Assembly: GCF_009914755.1 (NCBI RefSeq)
Contig: NC_060942.1
From: the human T2T-CHM13v2.0 reference genome, Homo sapiens
Length of the DNA stretch: 64,000 nucleotides
Direction: 5' to 3' (one strand)
Shown piece by piece: positions 29,540 through 43,026 of the stretch. A model generated the notes under the pieces. It was given only the letters and a program-made list of their open reading frames with translations, was not told the DNA's origin and did no database searches. A program made the translations under genes and the position numbers. Positions within the stretch are counted from its first letter, which is position 1; every line of letters begins with the position of its first letter.

Positions 29540-29980
29540 TATGCAATATCACTACTTTTTTCTATCAGAACTTATACCTTGAAATGATTACTGTCCCTTG
29601 GGCAATTATACAATTATTTTAATAATGGAGCCCTAACTTAGAACACTGCTTGAATTCCTCTTTTGGAATTTTCTTCAAAGCTTGTAGCACATTTTTTTTT
29701 TGAAAGCCTCAATAGTGGTAAATCTTCATCTCTTGCAGATGGATTCAATTTTTAGAAATAGCTAAAAGTCATTCAGAGCCAAGTCTAGTGAATAAGATGA
29801 GTGATCAAGCTGGGTAATGCAGTTTTTGGTTAAAAACAAGATTTGATTATAACCTAATGAGACTTATATTCTTGTGCTGCTCACAAATTGACTCTGAGAG
29901 GAATTCCAAAACAGAGTTCTAAAACCGAAGCATGGCAGTTTTCTTTAAATAGATGGCTAGTGTTTGATGGTGACTAGGCT
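29540..29980. mobile_element. MARNA-like (ancient mariner-derived) element
   Basis: gaattcctcttttggaatt...aatagtggtaaatcttcatc...aaaagtcattcagagccaagtctagtgaataagatgagtgatcaagctgggtaat. Confidence 0.7.
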
Positions 29981-31739
29981 TATGCTAAGGCACAGAAATT
30001 GGAACTAAACACATTATTTTATAGATTAAAAAAACTGGAGATCAAAAAGGTGAACTCACTGGCCGAGGTTCAGCAGACTAAGAATACAATGTCTAACAGT
30101 TGCAATAATCCAATAATAAAGTATCTTGGGAGGTGCTAAATAAACACTTTAGATGGTATTGATTAAATCACAAGGAGGAAATGCACATGTTGCAATAAGC
30201 CAGGTAGGATTGTTCATAGACTAAAGGGAATGTTAAGACTTTGGTCTGGGTGTAATTTGCAGTGCTCCAAAATCTTTTAATATTTACAAAACGCAGAGCT
30301 GACATTGAGCTCCAAGACTCACCATGAGTGTTCTCATCAGAACACATTAAGTCTTATCTTTAGAAGAAACCATGGAGTTTATTTGGCTCACCTACTCATG
30401 AGGAGGTTGATCTGTACAATACAAAAGATTACATTAATATTTTGGCTGTTTTCATCTCTTTAGGGATGGACAGCTCATATTGAGACACTCACTTGCAGCT
30501 CCATTTATTAAACTTTAATTTCTAAATTAAGCTGAAATTGCTGTATTCTCTATGTATTATAACTATCTCTGAAAACTCTCTGACCATAAGGTACAACCTG
30601 AATAAATATAGTAACTTATATATATTTAAAGAAAATCATCAAAAATATCTGTCTTCTCTTCTTAAAACTAAATATTCCATTATCTTCAAACTTCCCGCAT
30701 ATGAAGTAATATCCAAGCCTCATTCCTATACGGGTGGCCTTTAAAACGTGAAATTCTTTTAGAAAATTGATACATTAAAATTGTTACGGCCATCCTCCGG
30801 GCAAAACCCAGTTTCTCTATTTGTCTCTTGAAAGGTGGGATTTTGAAACATGCATATATAAGAGACGTTTGCCTACCCAGAGTGAAACTGGACTGGCTTT
30901 TCCTTAAATATGGGATTACAGCCTCTATTAATGGAGATCATTCCAAAGTAGCCAAAATATTACATTTTTTTTGAGAGCTTGGCCTCATGTGTCACATTTT
31001 TATGTTTGTTAATATTGAAAGCCAGTGAAATCTGGTCTCTGGCCTCTATTTCATAATATTTTCTCTGGATTCATATCCCCTTTTCCCCCAAACAGTTTAT
31101 ATTATTTTCAAAATACTTCAGACTTTTAAACATCTTTCATTCACAATTTTACTTGATTCTCTCAGTTGTCTAAGAAAATCAGGCATTATTATCTTCCCTT
31201 ATGGGTAAACTATCTGAGAGTTGTGATTGTGAAAACCAGCTATTAGGGGTTAAAGAAATTGCACATAATTATACACGTTGTTTAGCAAACACTACTTGGA
31301 GAAAAGAGGGCAATAGGTATAGAGTACTTGCTTTAAAAAATCATGAAAAGCAAAGAAGAAAATAATCTCACTCAGGGACAGCAGAATTAAAATGAAGAGA
31401 TTTTAAAACAGATTTTTTTAGTTATAGAAGGTAAGTCTTTAATGCTGTTTAAAAATCATTGACCACATCTCTCTTCTACACTCTGCTTTGTGTTAAGTAA
31501 CTTAACAGATGTAAGAGATGATATGGGACTGGTGTTTGAAGAGTTTACAAATAAATTGGAAAACCAGGTTTGCACACTTAAAACTATGAGATCACTTCTA
31601 ATGTAAAAAAGTATAAAATGTGTGAAATATATTTTCTAAATAAAGGATGTTTCTGAAATATATCAAGGCTATTAACCGAAACCTTACCCATTGCTCAAGC
31701 TCTTAAGGCTCTTTTAGTTCATCAAAACATTTTGAACTA

Positions 31740-32034
31740 ATTTTGTTTTTTTTTTTTTGAGGTGGAGTTTCGCTCTTGTTGCCCAGGCTGGAGTGCAATG
31801 GCACGATCTCCGGCTCAGCACAACCTCTGCCTCCTGGGTTCAAGCAATTCTCCTGCCTCAGCCTCCCGAGCAGCTAGGATTACAGGCCACCACATCCAGC
31901 TAATTTTGTATTTTTAGTAGAGACAGGTTTCTCCATGTTGGTCAGGGTGGTCTCGAACTCCCAACCTGAGGTGATCCACCTGCCTCGGCCTCCCAAAGTG
32001 CTGGGATTATAGGCATGAGCCACTACGCCTGGCT
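31740..32034 (-). mobile_element. Alu (AluSp/Sq-like)
   Basis: ggagtttcgctcttgttgcccaggctggagtgcaatggc diagnostic segment. Confidence 0.96.
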
Positions 32035-32869
32035 TGATACCATTTCACTATAGTGTTCATCTTCAATATTTCAGCACTAGATGAAGAAATAGGAACCCAT
32101 ATGATTACATTAAAATTTTCCATAACATGACTAAAAAATAAACGGAAGAGGTCACCACACATTAAACTATTGGACTAAGGGACAAATTTTAACTTTTACT
32201 TAAAAACTCTTTGACAATAAATAATGGTCCATGAGGAATCCATGTTTAACTCATGGCTTCTTGTGTTCCGAGATCACACAATTCCCATTCAAATGCTTTG
32301 TTTAATACAGTGTAAATATATGAAATTGACCCATCTCTGGTACCTTTGGCCAGCTTCTGAAATCATATGAAAATTGCGTTTTGCTTTGGTCTGCTTCTGA
32401 AATCAAGTGTTTTGATTAACTTCAGAAGTCAAGTGCACAACAAGGATTTTATGAATTCACCTTAACTTTTCTTTCTAGGTTAGAAATGGCAAATAACATT
32501 ATATTTGCATAAATATTATGAACTAAAATCTATTAAGAATATAATATAACTCCTGTGACATACCTAAAAGATTACAAAAGACAATGTGTTCAGTGTGCCC
32601 TTTGAGAATCTCAGTCTGAACATTAGAAAAATGATTTACAAGATGGGGCAGGAAGTGCAGTAATTGGAGGTACGGACGGAGGGTCATAAGAACCCTGGAG
32701 ACAGAAAGTCAGGAGAGCTATGTAAGATCTCAAAAAATGTGTAGAAGAATATTATGATGTCTTTGAACTCCTATAGAGAACTGCCAGTGGCTCTTTTTAG
32801 GAGTACTTTGTCATATCCCAATGGAATACATGCATTCGATACAAATCTATTAAGTGTTCAAGTTCTTTT

Positions 32870-33150
32870 ATTCTGTATTTGATACAAATCTATTAAGTGC
32901 TCACTATGTACCAGGCACTGAGCCAGACTCCAGGGATAGAGAGATTCAAGGTAAATAAGGTCCCTGCCCTTTTCAACTGAACAATCTACTTGAGATAGTC
33001 AAACATGTATTATTTAACCAGACTAGAAATAATTCTTCAAAGAGTAAGTACAAGGAGTAACAGGACGGATCTGACTTTTTCTGGAGTATCAGTAAAGACC
33101 TTCTTGTGAACTTGAAGGGATGATGACATTGTTGAATACCAAAACTGATT
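32870..33150 (-). mobile_element. L2 3' fragment
   Basis: tattaagtgctcactatgtaccaggcactg...ggtccctgccct. Confidence 0.7.
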
Positions 33151-33179
33151 AGGAATCACTTTCATAAAAGTCAGGATGG

Positions 33180-33498
<319 letters not shown>

Positions 33499-34029
33499 TC
33501 AGGATGGTGGGAAGGAAAGGAGGGGGTGATAGGAGGAGAGGCCTGATAGAGAAAAACCATTTCAAAAAAAAAAAATGAACTTTACGGAAAAATATATTCA
33601 ATTCCAAAACTAACTCTTCCAGTCTGTCTCGACTGTCACCCGCCCACGTTGTCTCTGCTCTTCATAATATTCTGCCTCAAAGATGGGTGATGGCTTAGAT
33701 GGGCAATGAAGATACAATGATGTTATTTACCCATTCTTCCCACAAACATTAAATACAAAATGTATAAAAGAAGTGGCAGATGTTCATATGATAGGGTGTG
33801 AGAGACACGTGTTAGTGTCCCAAAGTACCCATAAATATTTTCTCCGATAATATACAGGGATCTTAGAAACACTATAAGAACCTTATAAAAGTTGATTCCA
33901 TTATATCGGTAATTAAAAAACTGAGGCTGACTAGGGTTACCTGATTTTCATAAGAGCTATTCAGTCTCAAGGCAGAGCTCGAACTAATAACTATGCTTCT
34001 TGTACTTTCGATTGAATAGTAAACATCAC

Positions 34030-34233
34030 CCCTGTGCAATAGAACTTTCTAAGATTATGGAAATGTTCTATATCTGCTGTGTCTAAGACAGTAACCACCA
34101 GACACAACTGACTATTGAGCACTTGAAATGTGGATGATTTGATTTAGCACTAATGTTTTTAAATATTTTTTAAAATTAATTTAAATTTACATAGGTATAT
34201 GTAACCAGTGGCTACTGTATTGGATAGTGCAGC
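34030..34233. mobile_element. MER3 (hAT) DNA transposon
   Basis: caatagaactttct...ggaaatgttctatatctg...ctattgagcacttgaaatgtgg...gtggctactgtattggatagtgcag. Confidence 0.85.
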
Positions 34234-34435
34234 TCTAGAACATTCATCTAACTTAAAGAAAAATTAAAAAGAAAGTTAATTCTATTTTAGAGTAAATGAA
34301 AAAAATCAGGTTAATTCACAGTGCTATTGTAAGGGAAAAGGGAAACATAACACACAAGGATGGCTACACATATTCATATTATTTTTAGGTAATGTCAACA
34401 TGTACAACAGAAAAAGCCTTTTATGCCAAATAATT

Positions 34436-34515
34436 TTAGCTATAACAATAGTAAATTTAGCTATAACAACAGTAAAAATTAGCTATAAAACCAGTAAATT
34501 AGAATTAGTAAATTC
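34436..34515. repeat. ~21-bp minisatellite, 3+ copies
   Basis: ttagctataacaatagtaaat / ttagctataacaacagtaaaaa / ttagctataaaaccagtaaat. Confidence 0.85.
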
Positions 34516-34644
34516 TAATCACAGTATGTAATTGGCATATGATAAACTGTATATATTTAACTTGTGAAATTTTATTTTTTAAATGTATGTATACATCCAT
34601 GAAAACCAAGACTACAATCAAGGTAAGAAACATAAACATTATCT

Positions 34645-35051
<407 letters not shown>

Positions 35052-36489
35052 CTATTGATCTGTTTTTTGTCATTATAAATTAGTTTGGATTTTCTAGAAT
35101 CTTACATAAATGGAATCACACAGTAGGTCCTCTTTCTTGTCTCACTTCTTTCACTCAGAATCTCAGAATAATTATTTTGAAATTATTCATCTGTGGTATG
35201 TAGTTTCTAATAGTTCATTTGGAAAATTAATTGGTAGTTTTCCACTGTGTAGACATACTATTATTTGCATATCTAGTCACCTACTGATGATTATTTGGGC
35301 TGTGTCTAGTTCTTGACTATAATAAGCAAAACTATAAATATGTGAGTATAAGACTCTTTGTTTGCATGGACATATACATTCATATCTCTTGGGTAAATAC
35401 CCAGAAGTGTAATGCCTAGATTATATGGTAGTTGTATATTTAATATTTTAGTATATTGCTAGTCTTTTCCAAACTGTTTATACCATTTTACATGCCCACC
35501 TGTCCGGTTCTTCCATATCTCCTCCAACATTTGGTAGGGTTAGTCTTTAATTCCAGATTTTCCACAGCACCACTTATTGAAAAGACTAATTAATAAATTG
35601 CTTTAGATCACATGTGTGTGGATCTATTTCTGGATTCTTTATTCTAATAAAGAATTTATTTGTGATTTTTAGAACTTTATAGTGCCTTGAAGCTAGCTAG
35701 TGTAAGATACCTGAATTTGTTCTTTTACCAAATTGCTTTGACTATTTTAGCTTTTCAAATAAACATAAATTTTTACACAAATACTTTGATAGATTGCTTC
35801 TACAAAGGAATTTGTTCAATTCATCTAAGTTGGTGAATTTATTGCCAAACAGTGGTTCATAATATTTCCTTATTGTCTTTTTAATATCTCTATAATCTGT
35901 ACTGATCTCTTTTCAGATATTGGTAATTTCTCCTCTTCTTCCTCCTCCTCTGCTTCCTCCTCCTTCTCCTTCTCTTTCGCCTCCTCTTTTTCTCTCCCAA
36001 CCTGTCTGGTTAAGATATACCCACTTTATTAATCTTCTTCAAGAACCCACTTTTGGTTTTATTCATTTGCTGTTTTATTTTTTCCATTCTGTATTTAGAC
36101 TTTCACTGTGATATTTCTATTTTTTTCCTCTACTTACTTTGGGTTTCTGTTTTAGATCTTCCTTTTAGTTTGATATTTTTTTCTAAGTGTTGTTTTAGCT
36201 ACTGTTAATCAATTTTGATATGTCATGTTTTAGCCTTAATTCAGTTAAAATATTTTTAAATTGGCCTTTTGACTCTTTCTTTGACATTTGTGTTATTTAG
36301 AAGTTTGCCATTTTGTTTCTAAATATTTGGGAGCTTTTCAGAGAATTTTTTTTTACTGTTTTCTAGTTTACTTCTACTGAGTCAAATAACATACTTTCTA
36401 TAACTTGAAGTTTTGTAGATTTATTGAGAATTGTTTTATGGCTCAGAATACAGTGTATGTTGGTAAGTTCCATATGCTCTTGAAAATGT

Positions 36490-36676
36490 ATTTTATATAT
36501 ACATACATTATTTTTATGGACATTATATATACACATATTTTATATATACACAATGATATATTATATAAGTATTATATATAATATATAATGTATATATAAA
36601 ATACATTATATACACAATATGATATATATTATATATTATATAAGTATTATATATAATATGTGTATATATTATACAT

Positions 36677-36726
<50 letters not shown>
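36490..36726. repeat. AT-rich low-complexity tract ending in perfect (TA)22
   Basis: Direct reading; pure TA at 36683-36726. Confidence 0.95.
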
Positions 36727-36729
<3 letters not shown>

Positions 36730-38181
36730 TCTACTGTTTTTCAGTGTTCTATAAGTGCCAGTTAGATCACTTTGGTAAATAATGTTATTCAAGTCTTTCA
36801 TATGCTTTTTAATTTCATATATGCATGCTGTATCAATTATTGCAAAAAGAGTATTGAATATGAGACCATATGCAGAGGACTGTATATTTCTTTTGCAATT
36901 ATATCAGTTTTTGCTCCCTGCATTTTGAAGGGTTTTGTATTGTGTGTAAATATTGGTAATTGTTATTTCCTAATGTTGAACTGACTTCTTTATCATTATG
37001 AAATAAAGCTCTTTATATTTTATGATCACTACTTTTAAAATGGTATATCTTTGCCATCCTTTTACTCTTAACATATATATGTCGATTTATTTAAAGTGAA
37101 GTATTTCTTGGAAGTATCATATCAGTTTATCTTGCATTTTCATCCACCTAATAATCTCTCATTTTTAATTGGGTTGTTTAAATTATTTAATGTGATTATT
37201 GATATGGTTGGGTTTAACTCTACCAAATTTCTGCTTATTTTTTATTTGGTTGATATGTTTACTTTTTCCCATGACTCCTTTTTGTCCTTTTAGAATAATT
37301 GGGTATTTTTTTCTAATGCCATTTTATCTCCTTTTGTATTTTGTCAACGGTAATTTTGTTTGTGATATTAGTGTTTTTTTTAGAGTTAGGATTACTTTAA
37401 CTTATAATAGGCTTCCTTCCAGTTGTATTACATGATGCACAGTATAAGAATCTTAGAACTGTATAATTTCTTATATTGAATACTGGCTTGTACACTACGT
37501 TTGTCACATATATGACCTTTACATATGTTATAAGACATATAACATATTATTATTTTTACTATAAACATTCCAGCATATTTAAATTATATTCAAGTAATAA
37601 AAAATTGGTATGTAGATTTATTTAACTAATTACTGTTTTCAATTTTCTTTATTTTTTGGTGTATAGGCAGACTTTTTTTGCATATAGGATTTTTTTTAAA
37701 CTTTCTTATAAAGTAAGTATGCCGGTGATGAGTTTTTGCAGCTTTGTATAATGGAAAATGTCTTTATTTCCCTTTCATTTATGAAGGATATTTTTACTCA
37801 GTAATTATTTCCAGGTTGATATTTTTTCTTTTATTATTTTAAAGATGGCGCTCCACTGTCTTCTCTCTTGTTTCCAACAAGAAATTCATTGTAATATTTA
37901 TCTTTGTTCCACCATTAAAAATATACTACCCCTGCCTCCACCTAGTGACTTTTAAGATTTTCACTCAATTAACCATTGGAGCAATTTCATTATGATGTAA
38001 CATGCTAGGTTTCTTCAATTTAAAGAGCTTAGGGTTTGTTGAAATTCTTGGATTGTTGGATTTTTCTTTAATCTAATTTGGAAAATATATGGCCATTATT
38101 TCTCCAAATACTTGTTTCTTTTTTACTTTTTTAGGGATTCCAATTACAGCTGATTTATGCTCTGTTCACTTTTTTCCCTTC

Positions 38182-38394
38182 TTTTTTTTAATTTAATTTA
38201 ATTTTAAGTTCTGGGGAACATGTGCAGGATGTGCAGGTTCGTTACATAGGTAAACATGAGCCATGGTGGTTTGCTGCACTTATCAACTCATCACCTAGGT
38301 ATTAATCCTGCATGCATTAGCTATTTGTCCTGATGCTCTCCCTCCCTTTGCACCTGCCGCCCCCCCCAACAGGCCCCACTGTGTGTTGTTCCCC
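38182..38394 (-). mobile_element. L1PA 3'-end fragment (5'-truncated insertion)
   Basis: tttaagttctgggg..catgtgcagga..tgcaggtt..ttacataggtaaacatg..ccatggtggtttgctgcac; TSD-like ttttccct(t/c)ctttt. Confidence 0.9.
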
Positions 38395-39150
38395 TTTTCC
38401 CTCCTTTTTATTTGTACTCTTTGTTTCATTTCGAAATGTTTCTATTGCAATGACTTTAAATTCTCAAATCTTTTTGCTCCATTGTTTAATCTGCCATTAA
38501 TCCTATCTAGCATATTTTTCATTATGGATTTTAAAATTTTCATCCCTAGAAATTTTATTTAGACTGTGTTTAAATCTCTCACATCTCTACTTAACATGTT
38601 CAATCTTTCATCTTGATTTTTGAACATGAACTGTTTTAGTGTCCAATTATACTAACTCTATTATCTGTGTAATTTCTATGTTAGCTACCATTATTTTTTC
38701 TCCTTATTATGAATTTTATTTTCTTGCTTTTTTAACTGCTTTCAATACATGTCAACATGTCAGACATTATAGATTTTAACTTGTTTAATTTTTACCAAAA
38801 ATTGCTATACTCCTATAAATATTATTGGTTTTGTTCTGGGACAGAGTAGAGTCATTTGGAAACATTATGATACTTTCAGGTTTTACTTTTAAGCCTATCA
38901 GTTAGAAAAAGTAAAACATGATATTAGGGTTAATTTTTCTCTACCTCTGAGGCAAGGCCCTTCATTACCTAAGGTCCTGTGCATTATAAGAAATTTTACT
39001 CAGGCTGGTGACAACACAAACTATTCCTGGCCCTGTATGACCTGTACAGGTTGTTTGTTCTAATCCTATGGATAAGTCTTTCCCTCATTTTAGAATGTTG
39101 CTTCACATTAATGTGTTGACCAGTACTTAGCTGAATACTTGAGTACCTCT

Positions 39151-39570
39151 TGTCTTAGTCCATTTGTGTTGCTGTAAAGAAATGCTTCAGGCTAGGTAAT
39201 TTACTAAGAGCGAGGTTTATTTGGTTTACAATTCTGCAGGCAGTACAAGAATCATGGCACTAGCATTGGCTTCTGGGAAACGCTTCAGGCTGCTTTAGTT
39301 CATTGAATAAGGTGAAGAGGGAAGCCAGCTTGTGCAGAGATCACAGAGTGAGAGAGGAAGCAAGAGACAGGAAAAGTACTAGGCTCTTTCTAACAGTTCT
39401 CGTGGGAACTAATATAGAATGAGAACTCATTCATTACCATGAGAACAGCACCAAGCCATGCATGAAGGATCCACCCTCATAACCCAATACCTCCCACTAG
39501 GTACCACCTCCAACATTAGGAATCAAATTTCAACATGAGGTTTAGACAGATCAGATATCCAAACCATAGC
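39151..39570 (-). mobile_element. MST (MaLR) solo LTR
   Basis: tgtcttagtccatttgtgttgct...tttcaacatgag...ccaaaccatagc. Confidence 0.88.
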
Positions 39571-40104
39571 TGCTTCATTAGCAGATCCTCAGAGTTCTCT
39601 CTTGTGTAGCTCTCACCTCTCAGAAACTCTGTCCTGCAATTTTTAGTCATCTAGTTTCCCTGGACTTCCAGCCCTATCTCCTCAACTCGAGAAGTCTATT
39701 AAGCTCTTTCTGGGTTCTCACAGTTTGTGTCATAGCTTGGAAACTCTCCCAGCAACGTGCAGGAACAATCAAGGGCTTATGTAATTTGATTCCCATATGT
39801 CAGAGATTGTTCTTCCTTCTAGGTTGATCCCCAGCTTCTTGGGAACTGTTGTTTCATAAATTATGTCTATAGCTGTTTCTGATAGAAGAGTAAATCTAAT
39901 TATAATTACTCCATCTTGGTTAAAAGGGGAAGTACCCAGATCACAGTATTTTTCATAAGATTTATGGATCCAAGCCACTTGTATCAAGAATATCAACAGA
40001 GTATTTGTTTGATTTGCTGGTAAGTTTCTATGTTTAACATCAATTTGTTAAAATATCTTTTGTGAATCTACTAGTCACTACAACTGATGTTTTCACAGTT
40101 TAAC

Positions 40105-40338
40105 TTTTTTCTTTCTCCTTCCTTCCTTCCTCCCTCCCTCCCATCCTTTTCTTTCTTTCCTGCCCTCTCCTTCCTTCTTTCCTTCCTTCCTTTCTTTCTC
40201 TTTTCTTTCTTTCTCTTTCTTTCTTTCTCTTTCTTTCTTGCTTTCTTTCTCTTTCTTTCTTGCTTTCTTTCTTTCTCTCTCTTTCTCATTTCTTCCTTTT
40301 TCCTTCCTTCCTTCTTTCTTTCCTTTCTTCCTCCCTTT
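40105..40338. repeat. Polypyrimidine (TTCC/TTTC)n tract
   Basis: About 230 bp of nearly pure C/T. Confidence 0.95.
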
Positions 40339-42006
40339 CATAAAGCTTAAACAAATACCTTTCGTATTCTAGGAAAGTAAAGACATTGGCCAGGCAGGTG
40401 TACAATTTAGAGATGATAGGGAGATATGATGTGAGGAATTTAGATTGTTAGCAGCCTAGGGAAACAGAAAAGACGCACTCCTTGTGGCACAGTTTGAGTC
40501 ACAGACTTAAAATCAGTAGATTCACAGAACTTGGAACTTGACTTACAATTTTAAAAAATCCATAGTACAATGAAGAACCTTTAAGGGGATGTATCATCAT
40601 AGATGTCTCATTTTTGGAGTCCCGACTTCCTATAGAGTGCAGATGGAATTCAAAAAGAGAAGTTTACTAAATTGATTTTGATCTATGTTGGGAAATCTTT
40701 TCAAATTTAAAATCTCTTCAGAGTTGTGACTTTCCTACTCTTTATTAAAATAGTACCTTGAAAGATAGCAAAGGAATGAACAACTCACCCTTGGCTCTTT
40801 TTTCTTGGGAAGGCTGGAAGAAGTTCCTAGTCCTTCTCCCTGCCTTTTGTATCACACCATCTCAAAGTACTTCTTTCTCTAACATTGTGCCCACTACCTA
40901 CCAATATTGCACACCAGGCAGTTGTCAGGCCGTGCATTCAAACGCAGTGGGAGGAAATACCTGGAAATGATGTGTAGTGAGGCCCAGTGTCTCTCATCCT
41001 CTCTTAGCTAAACAGCTACCGTGGGCCTGCTGAGGATTGCTGCCTTTAAGGTGGTTTACTGAGCTTCCTGGAGTACTGTTATTGTGTCTCCAATAGGTGA
41101 GAGTCCTGAGATCTACTGGGGGGTAAAATGGAAATCATGGCAGTTTATTATTCCATTCATCATATCATGCTTGTTAGCATGCTGTTTTATAGCCACATTT
41201 CTCCACAGTAGAACCATTTTAGTGTGCAAATTCTACATTTTTAGGTTAATTTACACAATATATGATGTAAAGATAAACGAGTCTATGTTTCTCACTAACC
41301 AACAGGAATTGTCCCCAGTAGATAATGAGTAATCAATCAAGATGAGACAGAAGTCCTCCCCAATGAAAATTAAATATCTTATTTGCAAAGATGGAAAGGA
41401 ACTAATGAGCAAGTGCTACTAACAAACGCTGAGTTTCATTCAGCTTCCTAAGACATGTTTAAAGAGCTATGGACAAATCTTCATGCTATAAAGGACAATT
41501 GCTGCTTAGTTTCTTGGACAATCAATGAGAATGAGGCACATCACTATCTATAAGATGACTTCTGCATCCTATACTTTCCGGTCAAAGACCAGCTGAAACT
41601 TTTTCATATTTTTCCTAAAGGGCTGCATAATTTTGTCCATTTCAAAAAAAATTAATGTTGATAAAACAATTATTTTGTCCCTATTTCTTAAAACATGAAA
41701 AAAGAAGACAGCTTAGGCATCTGATATTTACCTTTGCAATGGCTTTCAAAATTATTATATCAATCAAAGAAGTATATACTGAGTGTCTCAATTTCCTGTA
41801 GTATTTCACACAATGTAAGATAAAAGTGAAATAAAAACATTGCAACTCTAATCTTAAACAATATAACAGTCAACAATAGTCTAATGCTTTAGGTAATAAG
41901 TAACTGATAATATTGAATATATATATATAATTGTGATATATATATATAAATATACATATATACACACACACAAACACACACACATATTTGCTGGACATTG
42001 TATTAG

Positions 42007-42293
42007 GTTTGTTTGTTTGCTTTTTGAGACAGAGTCTTGCCCTGGTGCCCAGGATGGAATGCAGTGGTGCCATCTTGGCTCACTGCAACCCTTGCCTCTT
42101 GGGTTCAAGCAATTCTTGTGCCTCAGCCCCCACTGTACTGGGATTACAGGCACTCACCACCATGCCTAGCTAATTTTTAGTAGACACTGGATTTCACTAT
42201 GCAGGCTGGTCTCAAACTCCTAACCTCAAGTAATCTGAGTGCCTTGGCATCCCAAAGTACCGGGATTACAGGCATGAGCCACTGCACCTGGCC
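42007..42293 (-). mobile_element. Old Alu (AluJ/early S)
   Basis: Diverged reverse Alu; TSD tgta(t/c)taggt. Confidence 0.93.
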
Positions 42294-42309
42294 TGTACTA
42301 GGTATTTCA

Positions 42310-42500
42310 TGTTTTTTCTCTAATTTTCATGGCAAGTTTTGGGATATGTATAGCAATCCTCATCTTACAAATGAAGACACTAATTGGTGGTAGAAGTGGT
42401 TAAATAACTTGCCCAGCCACACAGTCATTGAGTAGAAGAACTGGAATACAAACTCCCAACTGTCTATTGCCCAAGTGTAAATTCTACCACACCACACTAA
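42310..42500 (-). mobile_element. MIR
   Basis: cctcatcttacaaatgaagacact...ggttaaataacttgccca..cacacag. Confidence 0.75.
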
Positions 42501-42509
42501 CTCTTCATA

Positions 42510-43026
42510 GTAGTTGCCTAGGGTTGTTGTAACAAGGGATCACAACTTGGTGGCTTACAGCAAGAGAAATGTATTTTCTCGTATTTCTAGAGGCTACAAA
42601 TCTGAAATCAAGGTGTCAGCAGTGTTGGTTTCTTCTAGAAACTCTGAGGGAGATTCTGTCCCATGCTTCTCTCCTAGCTTCTGGTGTTTGCAGGCATGTT
42701 TTGGGTCACTTGTCTTCTAGACATATCACTTCAATCTCTGCCTTTTATCTTTGCCATATATTAAATATGTACATGGGTTTGAAAGCATTTTTTATTAAAA
42801 AACTCAAATATCTTCACATGGTGTTTTCTCCTTTCTGTGTGTTTGTATCTCTTCTTTTCCTATAAGGACCACAGTTGTGTTGGGTTAGGATCTACCCTAA
42901 TGTAATAGACTTCATCTTAACTTAATCACATCTGTAGGCCCTATTTCCAAATATAGTCACATTCATAGGTACTGGGGGTTAGGACCATGGCATAGCTTTT
43001 GGGGGAACACAGTTCAACTCATGACA
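42510..43026 (-). mobile_element. MLT1 (C/D-type) LTR
   Basis: tctagaggctacaaatctgaaatcaaggtgtcagcag...ccctatttccaaatatagtcacattcataggtactggggg. Confidence 0.85.

Noticed and set aside
40071-40350. K/E/R-rich and F/S/L-rich ORFs (also 21060-21292 and 59713-60008)
   Set aside because: Translations of simple purine/pyrimidine repeats
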